Positions 39,957 to 51,286 of a stretch of DNA of 64,000 bases are shown in pieces. A model generated the notes under the pieces. That model was not told where the DNA came from. It did no database searches and saw only the letters and a list, made by a program, of their open reading frames with translations. The position numbers were made by a program, and so were the translations under genes. Each line of letters opens with the position of its first letter. Position 1 is the first letter of the stretch. The stretch is from Perkinsus chesapeaki ATCC PRA-425 (lineage: Eukaryota > Protista > Perkinsozoa): assembly GCA_013115145.1 (NCBI GenBank), contig JAAPAO010000130.1:1-64000 (forward strand). Direction: 5' to 3'.

Positions 39957-42900
39957 TCACAGCTTACTATATCGAACACGACCCGACGACTTAGACATTG
40001 TGTGAGCGATGGTACTGAAAAAGAAGCTCTGACCAACACACTACAAGACGCCTTGTTCTATAATAAAAGTGCTTCACATGACAGAGGAAATTCACAGAGC
40101 CGCCCATGTCGACTCTCAAGCCCCAGCGCGTGGAGCGTGCTTTCCGATAAAACCATCCTATCACTGAAATCGCTGTTAGACCCCCGAAGACAAGGAAATG
40201 GTATTCATTGATCAGCTCCCACTGACCTGACCATATCTTTCGAGCTCAGGATCATAGCTTGATTCCACACCGCATTGTGCTTCAATTGCAGCGCGGTTTG
40301 AGCCTCTCTGCTGAACTCTAGAATATGCTTTGTACCAACAACCGCCACAGGGGAGTTACCTACGGGGAGGAAATTATGAGCGAAAACACAAAATTTTTCC
40401 ACAATTTTCCGGGAAAAATACAAATTTTCCCTAAACTGGATTCATGTATGAAGCGAGCGAAATTGAACAATAGAACATGTACTGGCAATAAAGAAGTTAC
40501 CCTATCTGGAGCACGAATTAGGTGCTTTGCTTCCTAAGAGCAATGCAACGCGCTGCAGTTAACCATACTGAGGCATTCTACCTTCGCTACGTGTCCCGCC
40601 CCACTAGTGCTGTATCAAACTACTTTCACAGCACTAGTCCGGAATTACAACCAGGCATGGTCAGCAGCCTCCCCGTAAAATAATATTTCATTGTAGCTTT
40701 CCGGAAGCTTCAAATAGCACCGCCAGACTGTATGTCGGCCGTGAGCGAGAAAGGTTGAACTTCCCGACCAGCTAAGGTCGGCTGGTCCTCAGAAACTAGG
40801 CCTTCGTGACGAAGCGGCGGAGCTCGATCGGCGATGTTCAAGATCGTGCACAAATAATTGGCCACAAGTTAAGTGGTTATAGGTTAGTAGTGCTCAGCAC
40901 TTCGCCAGGTTTCGGTGGCGGAACAAAGCTCGCTGCGATAGCTTCCAAAAGCCCCCTCGGCTATGTACTCCCATAATGGTACTTACTCGCGATCGATTCA
41001 CACATCTTCAACGCCGCACCCACAGGGTCCTCCTCCACCTAAGCGAACGAAATTATCGAAATACAATCAACCGGTCACAGAGGAGAAGCCAACGCGGAAA
41101 TGTCCTCACTCATAGAGCCGACCAAATACACATCTCACCAACGAAATTGAAGACGCGTTCTCAGCCAGAAGAGAATTTCATTTCTCGCTACTTTCCAACT
41201 CACCTTGGACACAAAACCGATAGCTTTCGCCTCATCCGCTCCAAACTCCCTTCCAGTATAGCAAAGCTCTCTCACCGCAGAATCATTACCACATATTAAA
41301 GGGAAGAACCTGAGGGCCGTTCAACACTAAGAGGGTATCCTTCGCCTACTGCAAAGTGCCCACATCAGCTGCCATACCCACCAAAACTTCACGGATGCTG
41401 AACCGAACGTTGGGGGATGCAATGCGGATATCGACTTGACTGAGCAGGTCAATAGCGGCGCCTGGAAGAAAAATGAGCCTCGTGTCGGCTTCATTCAGTC
41501 GAGCCCATTAAATCGTCTTTGGCAGGTTTAAATTTCGACCGGTAAGTTATATTATAATAAGGCGATCGTTATTATTTTGACCACCTTATTCCGCTATGAG
41601 TTTCGGACTTATTTCTGTGGGCTAAATGGCAATGTAGAGCCGTCTGAGAGGGGATTAGAAATCTGCCGCCTGGGAGAGCATAAATTTCATCTGAAATTGA
41701 GGCTTCGCTTTTCTACGGGATTTAAGATTATAAGGTTAAATTTATACTTTAATTATATTTATATAATTACAAATTATGATAATAAATTCTCGCCCTACTA
41801 TTATAAAGTTAACGTGCATTTGGGGGAGAATTCAGAAAATCGGCCGGAATTCCTCGAACTCTCTCCGTTCCCTGCAGACAAACAAATACAAAGTCCGTCA
41901 GCGATTATTGAGGAGAGCTCACCATAGGCTATTCCATGGGCCGCGGCAACGACGGGAACACGGCACTTCCGAACCGAGGCGAGGCATCTGAGAAGGAACA
42001 TTACGAACTGGGAGTGATGGACGCCTCAGCAAAAGTGCACCTGATGTTCGCTACAGTGACACCTACAGCGCTGATGTTTTATGATTCTATTGTTATATCT
42101 CAACATCAGTAATAATTGTTGACCCTCGTAGGACATATTTCCGTGACGTGAGATAACCCTCTCGTTCAAGATACACTTTTTCAAGTTGGATGTTCACGAC
42201 ATATAAAAACACTATCTTCATACATCACTTTAGAGAATCTAAAATATCTATCTGTGACTTAATTGCTGTATTTACAGTTAGATTGTAAATACAGCATTTA
42301 TACGCTTTATTATTTTGTAATAAGATAACTTCCTTTGAGAAGAACACACAGTAAACATATATTAATTAACATTCCTCCCTCGAACGCTATAAAAGCATGA
42401 GGTGTTATGAACATTCCCAGTATGAGTGCTTAGCTCACTCTTGCAGCTCCATGATAGTCCTTCCTGCCTTCAATGCAAGCCTAGGGAAATCGGCATCACC
42501 GCTATCGGTCGAGGCGGAGAATATAGAAGCCAGTGACGGGTCGCCTAGATCCAAACCTGAAGCAACTTGTTATTCTTCCAGCGAGGCCTATTTGGGCCCT
42601 ATCCTCAAGCGTGACGTAGTCCTTCTGTACTGTGGCTGCTCTCGGAAATTTGACAAGGAAATATTTAACTAGTTTTTCTTAGAATTTTTGCACTTGTAAA
42701 ATCCCTTCGTTCCACAGATGGAGTCTCCCAACCGACCTGCTGTGAATCCTTTCGGACCATTTCCGCTGAGAAGAACGCAACGAACTCGATCGTCGTTGTT
42801 TACCTGAGGACGGCCAGTTACCATTTGGTGAGGGGAAGAGAGGTTACCTTTGTGAAACAGTCTCTAATGTCAAACCACATCTGATAGTTGAACGCATTGA

Positions 42901-43033
42901 TACGTTTGGGCCTATTCAGGGCTACATGGAGAACCTGAACAAGGAAAGATTCCCGAGAGGTTGATTCAGTAAGATATACATTGATGTCGCTTTTTAACTC
43001 AACTTGTAGTGTCTCGTAGTTGTATTCTGCCAT
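39957..43033 (-). CDS. ECH1: Delta(3,5)-delta(2,4)-dienoyl-CoA isomerase (crotonase family), peroxisomal
   Basis: MAEYNYETLQV...|VLHVALNRPKRINAF...|VRCVLLSGNGPKGFTAG|...|KCRVPVVAAAHG|GAAIDL...DIRIA...IREVLVGMAADVGTLQ|...VRELCYTGREF|...|SPVAVVGTKHIL...WNQAM...|...RVRYSKL*. It ends in the PTS1 tripeptide SKL. Confidence 0.9.
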
Positions 43034-43785
43034 TATGTAAAACCCTGGAAAGTTCCCATACATTGCTGCTCTCCACAGGATAGCAAAAATGCCAAGTGCG
43101 GAAGCTTGGTAAATTCCATAATCAATTTTAATACATAATAATCCCCAGTTTTGGGCGATACCAGCAGCCTCTGTCACTGAGGTCTTGCCATACATTTATT
43201 GCGTCAGGGATTCTGCGACGGCAGATTTCACTAGTTGAGTGGGAGTGGTGTACTCCTTCGGCGATAGTTGGAATTGTAATAGGGAGCGTGTGGTGCTGCA
43301 AAAATATTAAAAGCGCGTCGATTAAAAAAGAAAACTCACAACCGCGGATCGAACCTGGATCGTTAACGGGAAAAACAGACACCTTTTCGTTTACACTAAA
43401 TGTCAACCAATAGACTCGGCGCTTGTATTTTTCACAGGGCGTACAGACATAGGTTGTTGTTAAAACGCATGAAATCGAGTAACTACAGGCAACGATTGCG
43501 TTGCTATGAGGTTGGAGTTTAGTTAGCAACGCTCCTTATTTTATTTTAACCTCTATTTCCCCTATTAAGCAATCCCTAGTCGCCGTAGCTCACTTGACCC
43601 TCAACAAACTTACACTCAGTGCTGCCGGTGATACGGCCAGATTATCACTTCTCAAAAAAATCGTCTTGGCAACGCTTTTATAGAATTCACAGCAAGCGGC
43701 TGCATTGCCTCTAGTCCGTCCCTTAATATCAGCTCGGGTTTCCCTCCCTCAGTTAGTTGGCTGTACTGTGTTGTCCTTTCTCATC

Positions 43786-46425
43786 ATGGGTAACGTAAAG
43801 AGAGAAGTGGGCGACCCTACCAAGACATCGTAAGCCTAAGCCGCCTTTCACCTCGCACTTGTTATTCCAGGCCTGTAGCTTCACTCATCAGCATTGCTGT
43901 GTCCGGCGCTTTAACCGCGTGGTTTGTCTGGTCCTGTGGATGGGCTGTTAACAGGTGCTCCCCGTCATAGTGGTATCTGCTGCTCCTTCAATCAGCTTTC
44001 AGGTCATTCGCTGTTAGTGTTGATACCTTGGTCCAGCCAGCATTCCCAGCTCTCCCCAGGGAATTCTGTGTCGGTATCCATTGGGTAAGCCAAGCTGAAG
44101 CCTTCCCCATATATCCTTCTATCAGGTCTTCACCTTTGTTGCTGTTTGTGGCTGCATTGCCATCCTGATAAGCTCCGTGCCCATACTGGGGAATAGGACC
44201 ATCTTCGTCGTTGGCTCCAAAATGATGACCGTGGTCACCGTCTACCAGTGCCTTCTAAGGCTCTTGGCGATGGGTAATGCCACTCACAGGACCAACGAGA
44301 TTCACGGCTTAGGTCTCAACCTGTCCGAGCTTGCCCCTCGGATAGCGCTCATTCTGGCACTTAAAGCAGCCCCAAGGTTCTCCAAAATTCCCCAAGGACC
44401 GTCCCTCTTCTTAACATGGGTAGGAGTAGCTTTCCATGTCTTCCCATCGGCCTCGCTCCTAGTTCGTATCCGTTCGACCATGGACCTTCCCCGCGGCCCT
44501 GGCCCCACTGCTGGTCACGGCCGCCACTGTAGAGTGGCTGGGCCTCAAGCTAGCAGACTCCGCCCATGTCACTGAGCTGGTACCTCTGCCCTTCGGAAGG
44601 GTTGATCGATTCTGTCCTTGTAGATTTTTTCCCTCATTGCCGTCCAGGCGTCGGCGAATCAGATTAACTCTATAGCGGATTTGTGGAACGGTGTGGATAA
44701 TGTTCATAATGCAACAGACAGGTCGATAGTGGATGGCCATCTGAGCATGCGGACGATGGTAGTGATAGGGCGGTTCAACGAGGCGCTCCGTGCCCCTAGA
44801 TAATACTGAGGGTTAATGTAGTTGACCAAGTTTACTCGGTATGACTCCCGGCACGACGTTGCAGATTCTTTATATATATAATAATATATTATATATATAC
44901 ACCAATTATATATTAATAACACTTTGCCTCATGAAGTTTATCATCATCCTTCAAGTATATCACTTGGTAGACAGGCATACCATAACTTCCCATCCAAATA
45001 GGGGGGCTCCAAAACGGCAACAAAATTCCGGAAACGCTCCCGAAGGCTTGGTGGACTTTATGACACACCTTCGAAGGACGGTGATGAACAGTCTTTGGTT
45101 TGAATAACTAATCTACTCCTCCCTCTTAATCCTCTAATATATTATACCCAATAGGCTCACATTTATCTTGCCGTATCTACTGTAGGTAATCTCAGCAGGA
45201 GTGCTCTTTGGGACCTTCGCCACCCTCCTTATCCGCTCGGGAATGTCTGTCCCTCCAGAATACAGGACATCATTGACCGTACTGGCCACCGTGGGTGGCT
45301 TGGCTGCAGTAGGCTCCATCACTCATAACTCTTTCGCACCTCCCTTTTAGTTCATCTACACCGCTGGTCCCTGTCCCTTCAAGTACATTGGCCTCGGAGA
45401 TATACTAATGTAACGGAAGCCTTCCACGGTAGACTTCAGCAATCCTCATTTAGTTTCCTCACCTTTGGGCCGATGACAACCTATTACTTCCTACTGTGCT
45501 TGACGGACCCTGCTGAATCGACTCCTCTTTTCCGTGAAGTCTTCTCCTTCACTTTGCCGATTTTACTTCTGGTGGTTGCGGTAGGTCGTCCAGCTAACTT
45601 GGTGAATGCTGATGTTGGCGTGTAGATTTTGAACTCGAATAATATTCGTGACATGAAGGAAGATAAGGAAGCCGGAGTTAACACTTTGGCGGCTATGATG
45701 GGCCCAAAGCTCAGCCGGGTGTAGGTCCACTGGTTTGGGTTTGGATGCCTGTCGGCCCTACTCATCTCGACTCTGCCGGCCATGGACCTTGACATATGGC
45801 GCACTGGCAAGATAACTCGCTCACTCCTCCATTAGTCCTTCAGAAGGACTACTGGGGTGGACAATTTATCAGGACGAAGGGCTCCTCCGATGAGACTCTA
45901 TGATGGAGAACACGCGTTCTTCAATCATAGAAATTTTCGTCAGGATTGTCTTGCCGCTCCAGTAAGGTTGTTGCGACTTCATCTGTATCAGTTACTTCGC
46001 CGCATTGCAGTTGGCGCCGCACTTCGTCACGGCTTGGCTGATCCAGACCTATGACTGTCCCGGCCTAGTCCTCACTTTCTTGGTTATACCGAGAAGCATG
46101 TGGCAAATGTAGTGGGGAGGTTAGGCATGCCGTCTGTCATTCGAAAGGTCCCTGGTTCGATTCCCTCTTTCAGCTATCGAGTATGTATTCGGGACCTCAG
46201 CGTCTTGAAGGGACCAGAGAGGAAGTTTGTCGTGAAGGAGACATCTGACACAGTTCTCATGTATGGTCTGACCACAGCCATGGGACTTGCCTGCTCTCCG
46301 AGAGGCCAGCCGGTAATAACTCCGACCGATCCTCATGGATTAAGCCTTTCATACTTCAGATTAATGTAGTAGGGTCAGCGGTCTCTATGGCTGTTCTGGC
46401 GTTGCTCTATGCCGTGCTACAGTAG
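43786..46425 (+). CDS. MenA/UBIAD1-type prenyltransferase (UbiA superfamily) with extra N-terminal TM segments
   Basis: SVRPWTFPAALAP, ANQINSIADLWNGVD...TDRSIVDG, YTAGPCPFKYIGLGD and NNIRDMKEDKEAGVNTLA...GPKLSRV|YFAALQLAPH match UBIAD1/MenA motifs, including both Asp-rich motifs. Confidence 0.85.
46109..46173 (+). other. 65-nt spliceosomal intron with degenerate tRNA(Asp-GTC)-like sequence
   Basis: The GT...AG intron is needed to keep the prenyltransferase in frame. It contains GGTTAG, a CT-GTC-AT loop, AGGTC and GGTTCGATTCC at exact tRNA spacing, but the stems are largely broken. Confidence 0.45.
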
Positions 46426-46655
46426 ATGAGTTTTCGGGAAAGGCTCATCGGCCTCCTGCTGCTGCTGGTGTTGTTGTTGGTGCCCTATGCTATGGGTATG
46501 CCTGAGTTGTTCCACACAGTGTCTTTATGCCGCTCCTCCAAGTCGTTCGAGCCGCGATTATCCGCTTTCGCTCTGGATTATTGAGTAGCTACCGAGTTGA
46601 GTCAATCTCCGCCTCCATTTCAGCGCCGTTGATTCCGTGGCGCAGTTTTATATAA

Positions 46656-48257
46656 ATGGCTACTTCCAATCTTCGGCAAGAAGGCCAAAATCGTCCACTT
46701 GCCTCAGATGTGCTGCTCGAGCTCATCGAACCTAGTGAGGAGGGTGCGGATGGGTCTCCGAATGCCTGTGATGACGAACTCCAATGGCAAGAGTTGCTGA
46801 AGTATCTTCCTACTACCGAGGTGCCACTGTTCTTGGCGCAGCATTTCCAGACGCTGACGACCGAAGCGCCGGTGCCGGCAGCAGCAGCTCCCAAGGTAAC
46901 GGAGGAGACAAAGCCTGTGTTGGCTCGGAAGGCCTCGGATAAGTCTGCGGGGTCGGCGGAGAGCAGCAACGCGGAAGACGGTATAATCAAGCCGCATAAG
47001 CAAGCTCCGCTGGTGACGCCTCCTCTGGCGGAAGCTGCTGCTCCGACGGTGGCAGCTAGCGGACAGGTAGTGGGGAAAGGAAAGAAGAAACGCGGCCAGC
47101 AGCAGCGGGAGAACACAAAGGAAGGGATGAAGAGCGAGCTACAAGGGTTGTGGCAGCACGCGAAAACTATCTATGATGTAAAAGGACATATATTGCAGTT
47201 GGCAACGGACCAGTGGGGGTGCCGGTTTGTGCAGTTGAGATTGGACTCGACAGATGCAGGAGAGGCCAATTCGGTTGTGTCGGAGCTTCTGGAACATATC
47301 ACTGATCTGTCCACGGATAGCTATGGCAACTATGTCGTACAGAAAATGATAGAAACCAGCGTCGATGACGAATCGAGATTAAGCCTGGTGGTGGAGCAGC
47401 TCGTAGGGGAGGTATTCCGGCTGTCGGTGCATGTCTACGGCTGCCGAGTGATACAGAGAGCGATCGCGGCGACCTGCAAGGCTCTGCCCCAGCAGCACGC
47501 GTTGCTTGTCAGCGAGTTGAAGGGGAGAATACAGGAATGTGTGGAAGATGCTCATGGCAATCATGTGATACAAAAAATAATAGAAGTCGAGCGACCGGTG
47601 CAGAAGTTGCAGTTTATAGTGGATGCATTGACGCCCTCAGCGAGTTGGCTGGCGGCTCACTCCTGCGGGTGTCGGGTCATCCAAAGGTTACTGGAGACGT
47701 GCCCGGCAGATATGGTCACTACTATGCGGACTTCGATTGTTCGATCTTGCGAGGAGCTCAGTACTAACTCCTTTGGCAACTATGTTATTCAGCATGTCAT
47801 CGTATACGGCACGCCGAGAGATCGGAAGGCAATCTACGAGTATGTTATGGAGGACTTCGCCGCGGCGTCATGCCACAAGTTCTCGACAAATGTGGTTGAT
47901 AAATGTCTGCAACATTTGACCATGTCGGAGCTGGCTCATGTGATTTCGGTTGTGCTCGGTGATGCAGGGGATGAAGCTGCGTCGATCGCGGCGTGGGGCG
48001 GCAGCGCTGGAGAGGCGGCGACTTTGCTGGTTATGCTCCGGGACCGGTATGGTTGTGCAATTGTCTCCCGGCTGTTGGAGCTGGCGCCTAGTGAGATGAT
48101 CGAGAGGAGCAGACTGGTGTGGAAGTTGAAGGAGCAGCTACCGGTGTTGAGGAAATCGTCCTTCGCCAAGCATCTCGTAGCAGCGATTGAGTCCACACAT
48201 GCTGGGTCGGTGCCACCGGCAATCGGTCAATTTTCAAGACAGTTGCCAGCTCACTAG
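46656..48257 (+). CDS. Pumilio/PUF RNA-binding protein, intronless, 8 repeats
   Basis: 533-aa ORF with repeats DQWGCRFVQ, DSYGNYVVQ, HVYGCRVIQ, DAHGNHVIQ, HSCGCRVIQ, NSFGNYVIQ, HKFSTNVVD and DRYGCAIVS. Confidence 0.95.
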   Translation: MATSNLRQEGQNRPLASDVLLELIEPSEEGADGSPNACDDELQWQELLKYLPTTEVPLFLAQHFQTLTTEAPVPAAAAPKVTEETKPVLARKASDKSAGSAESSNAEDGIIKPHKQAPLVTPPLAEAAAPTVAASGQVVGKGKKKRGQQQRENTKEGMKSELQGLWQHAKTIYDVKGHILQLATDQWGCRFVQLRLDSTDAGEANSVVSELLEHITDLSTDSYGNYVVQKMIETSVDDESRLSLVVEQLVGEVFRLSVHVYGCRVIQRAIAATCKALPQQHALLVSELKGRIQECVEDAHGNHVIQKIIEVERPVQKLQFIVDALTPSASWLAAHSCGCRVIQRLLETCPADMVTTMRTSIVRSCEELSTNSFGNYVIQHVIVYGTPRDRKAIYEYVMEDFAAASCHKFSTNVVDKCLQHLTMSELAHVISVVLGDAGDEAASIAAWGGSAGEAATLLVMLRDRYGCAIVSRLLELAPSEMIERSRLVWKLKEQLPVLRKSSFAKHLVAAIESTHAGSVPPAIGQFSRQLPAH

Positions 48258-48692
48258 TGCTGTATACTTTATACGTTTTCCTTTATTACTTGTTCATTTG
48301 TGTTGCATCCAGTGGCGGTCGTAAATATCATAATACTAATATTACAAATAGATAATTATCGTACAGCCTGTCGTCTTACATAAGAATTCCTATGCATCAA
48401 AAACCACGGACGGTTGCCCTCACACTTGGACTTTTCGGTGATGTGCCGAGCTCGGGCTGGGGATGCCGAGGGTAACAGTTGTATGTCAGCATCCGAGTCA
48501 CTGATCGGATACTACTTTCACGGATTCTTCAAGTAGAGAGGTTTCATGAGAGGCAGCCCATATAGGGCTGACATAGTTCAGGTTTCAATTCCGGGTCTCT
48601 ACATCCAACCGCTCAGGAGGAAGGGCTCGGGCAATTGATACATGTTATTATGTTAATAAATGCTATTGTGGTAGAAACAGACTGCTTGTTAA

Positions 48693-50366
48693 ATGCCACG
48701 GCGGAAGTTCGGACAGAAAGTGACGGTATATTCAAGCGGTACCGGAGGCACGTCGCAGCGTTCGTGTATCGACGCTGATGAGCGAAAGCAACGAGCTGCT
48801 CGAGCGGCCAGATTTCGGGACACTGGAGCCTCAGCTGGTGAAGAGGAGTATCTTTTGTGGTGTAAGCTAGCGTTTAGATACGCCCCGCACGAAGGCAGAC
48901 AGCGATGAAATACCAACTCCTGAGAGATACGTCCAGGGCACTTGCACAGTCCTCGAGAAGGACTACTTCCGCCTGACAGGCCCAGCGAGGCCGGCAGCTG
49001 TTCGTGAGTCTGCTGTGGTTGTCTGGACACCGTAATGGCCATAATAGGTCCACCGTCCGTGTTAGCAGCGGCCTTCGATCGCTTACGTGAGCTGTACCCT
49101 CTGCGAGGATGGGAGTATATCAGTGGACAACTTAGAGCGATTCGACAAGACATGAAGGTGAGGGGGGAGCCCGGCATCCCCTGCTAGACGCTTCTCTACC
49201 GGCAGGGGTATGTCGAGTACAGAGGGGAGCCTGGTGTCTCTGGTGATGGCCCTCATCTAGAAACATAAAAACCGAGAAAGGGCTGTATCACTTTCAGCTA
49301 CTCGCGACCGTTGTGGAAAAGAAATCGAATATCCAGTAAAATTACTCTCCTAAAACATCCCGAGGGATTTCGTCGAGGTGAAATTCCAGATGCGTGAGGT
49401 CCTGCCAGGGTACTGCCGTGGGATCGGGGATTGTCAGACTCTTAGAAATTTTCACACAAATCCAACTTTCAGAGATCGAAGACGCACGAACGTTCCAAAT
49501 CCCATATCGGCAGTAACTCCCAATTTTCGTTTGAAAATACGAGACTACCTGTTTTCGGGCCTCTCCGGCATCATGATTTGCTGCCATCAAATCTCTTTCG
49601 AACAATATCCTAACTGGACTGCATTCTCCCTTCTATTGACCAAGAGACGCTTCTTTGGTAGAACATACTTCGGTGACCTTCAGTGAGCCCCTGGTTACAA
49701 CAGTAAGGGTTCCATCATCAGGTACAAGGTCTCGATGGCTCTGAGCTCTCTCTAAACGTCTACACTGTCAACGCTAGATGGTCGCTGGAATCGCAAGACT
49801 TGGTCCAGTTCATTCAGTGCATGACCGCCGTTACGCGGCAGATCCATTCGGGGTCGGGTGCGCTGCCCCGAGATGTACAGGCCGAGTTCCTGGCCTATGA
49901 GGTCGTCTACATCGCCCTACAAGACTTCTACGCCGACCAGTTGCGGTTCCTTCGTCGACTTCGAGATCTACCTGTTGGCATTAAAAGCCATCCGTACCTC
50001 CGCTGCGGTCTTCGTATAAGGTCCTGGATGGCGTCCGGAAACTACTATCGAGTTCTCAGAGCATACACAGCTTTGCGGAGTAGACCTAAACGCCTCGCAA
50101 ACAGTGTTCCGTCGCACCTGCTGCCCTTGATAGAGCTCTTCCTGGAAGACCTGCGTCTCAGGCTACTTCGGAGCCTCACCAAAGCGTACGTGCAGTTGGG
50201 GATATCCTTAATAGTGAAGTGGCTGGGCTTTGCCACAGTCGATGAGTGCAAGACCTTCTTGCTGGACCATGAAGTCCCCATTGAGGAAGATTCCCTAGTC
50301 TGCAAGTCGTGTTTGCCTGTGCTGGAGAGGCGAGTGCAGATGATTGAGCGTCGTAGATTGGGTTGA
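48693..50366 (+). CDS. SAC3/GANP-domain protein, THP3/LENG8-like
   Basis: Exons GTCTVLEKDYFRLTGPARPAAVR, WEYISGQLRAIRQDMKV and a PCI-like C-terminal part (SGNYYRVLRAY...FLEDLRLRLLRSLTKAY...WLGF). Confidence 0.85.
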
Positions 50367-50479
50367 CAGAACTGATGTCGCGTTGACGTTAATAAAAGGG
50401 GCGTATGCCTTCACATACCGCTTCTATGTGGCCCTCCTTGGTAGAACGATTAACAGTATTAATCGATGTACCTGATGTC

Positions 50480-51016
50480 CTAGAAATATAGACTTTTGAA
50501 TAACCTCTTCACTGGAGGGCGGATGTTTTGGTGAAGCCTGAGGCATTTGGAAGCTCTTGAGAGCGACGACTTTGTGGTGAACAGCACATTAATACAATCA
50601 TTCGATGAGATACAAACTTTAGATTCCAAAGAATGCCTTGAAGTGCTGAGATAACAAAGAGATCTTCTCAAGGGCTACTTGACCCTATGGGGGAGGAAGG
50701 CAAGCCTAGGTCCTTCAGACCTAGGATAACGGGTTAAGGTTATTATTACAGATCTGCGTACTGTGCGCAAGAACGAGAAGGATATCGAGCACTGCTGCGC
50801 CGCTCGGAATCTCACCTTAACTGAGCCGAATAGCAACCTTCGAGCTCTTCGAGCACAGCGATTTCCGGTCGCAGGGCTTGCGAAAACGTTATGGGCGACT
50901 GCGCGTCCAGACGCTCCAAGCAAAGATTCCTTTATCTGATGCCGCGTAGAATGATGTCCAATAATTTCGAGTTCATCGGCTCGCGCTGTATAGGCGCGTT
51001 GTGTGGTAGATGCCAT
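50480..51016 (-). CDS. Possible small hypothetical gene
   Basis: Minus-strand ORFs with a GTGAG donor. The frame is ambiguous. Confidence 0.25.
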
Positions 51017-51286
51017 CTGCGGAGCTACAGTGGTTCACTGCATCATGGTTAGAGTAATTTCATTTGACATTGGCAATAGTTGGATGATTTAGTGGGCACA
51101 TCGGGAGAATGTACCTACGTGCGTGGACGCTTTGGGAATCTAAGCATCGGCTTTTTCTTTGGCAAATCTCTCCCATCAATACATATTGATATAGCTAGGG
51201 CCACCAAGCATGGCCTAAATTATCATGTGGTAGAAGTAGCGTTCATGTGGTACGTTCGCCCTCCCCCACTGCAGTTGTCCTTGGTA

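Noticed and set aside
43340-43365. GGTTCGATCC (minus strand) T-loop-like motif; a similar one lies at about 23364
   Set aside because: No T-stem pairing and no anticodon or D arm at the right spacing.
45718-45830. Apparent in-frame TAG in the prenyltransferase (SRV*VHWFG...), suggesting stop-codon reassignment
   Set aside because: A phase-2 intron from 45721 (GTAGGT) to about 45989 gives SRV|YFAALQLAPH, matching UBIAD1 spacing. Other genes end normally in TAA, TAG or TGA.
46589-47116. 175-aa minus-strand ORF and the many 60-130-aa ORFs opposite real exons
   Set aside because: These are antisense shadows of coding exons (here the PUF gene), with no independent support.
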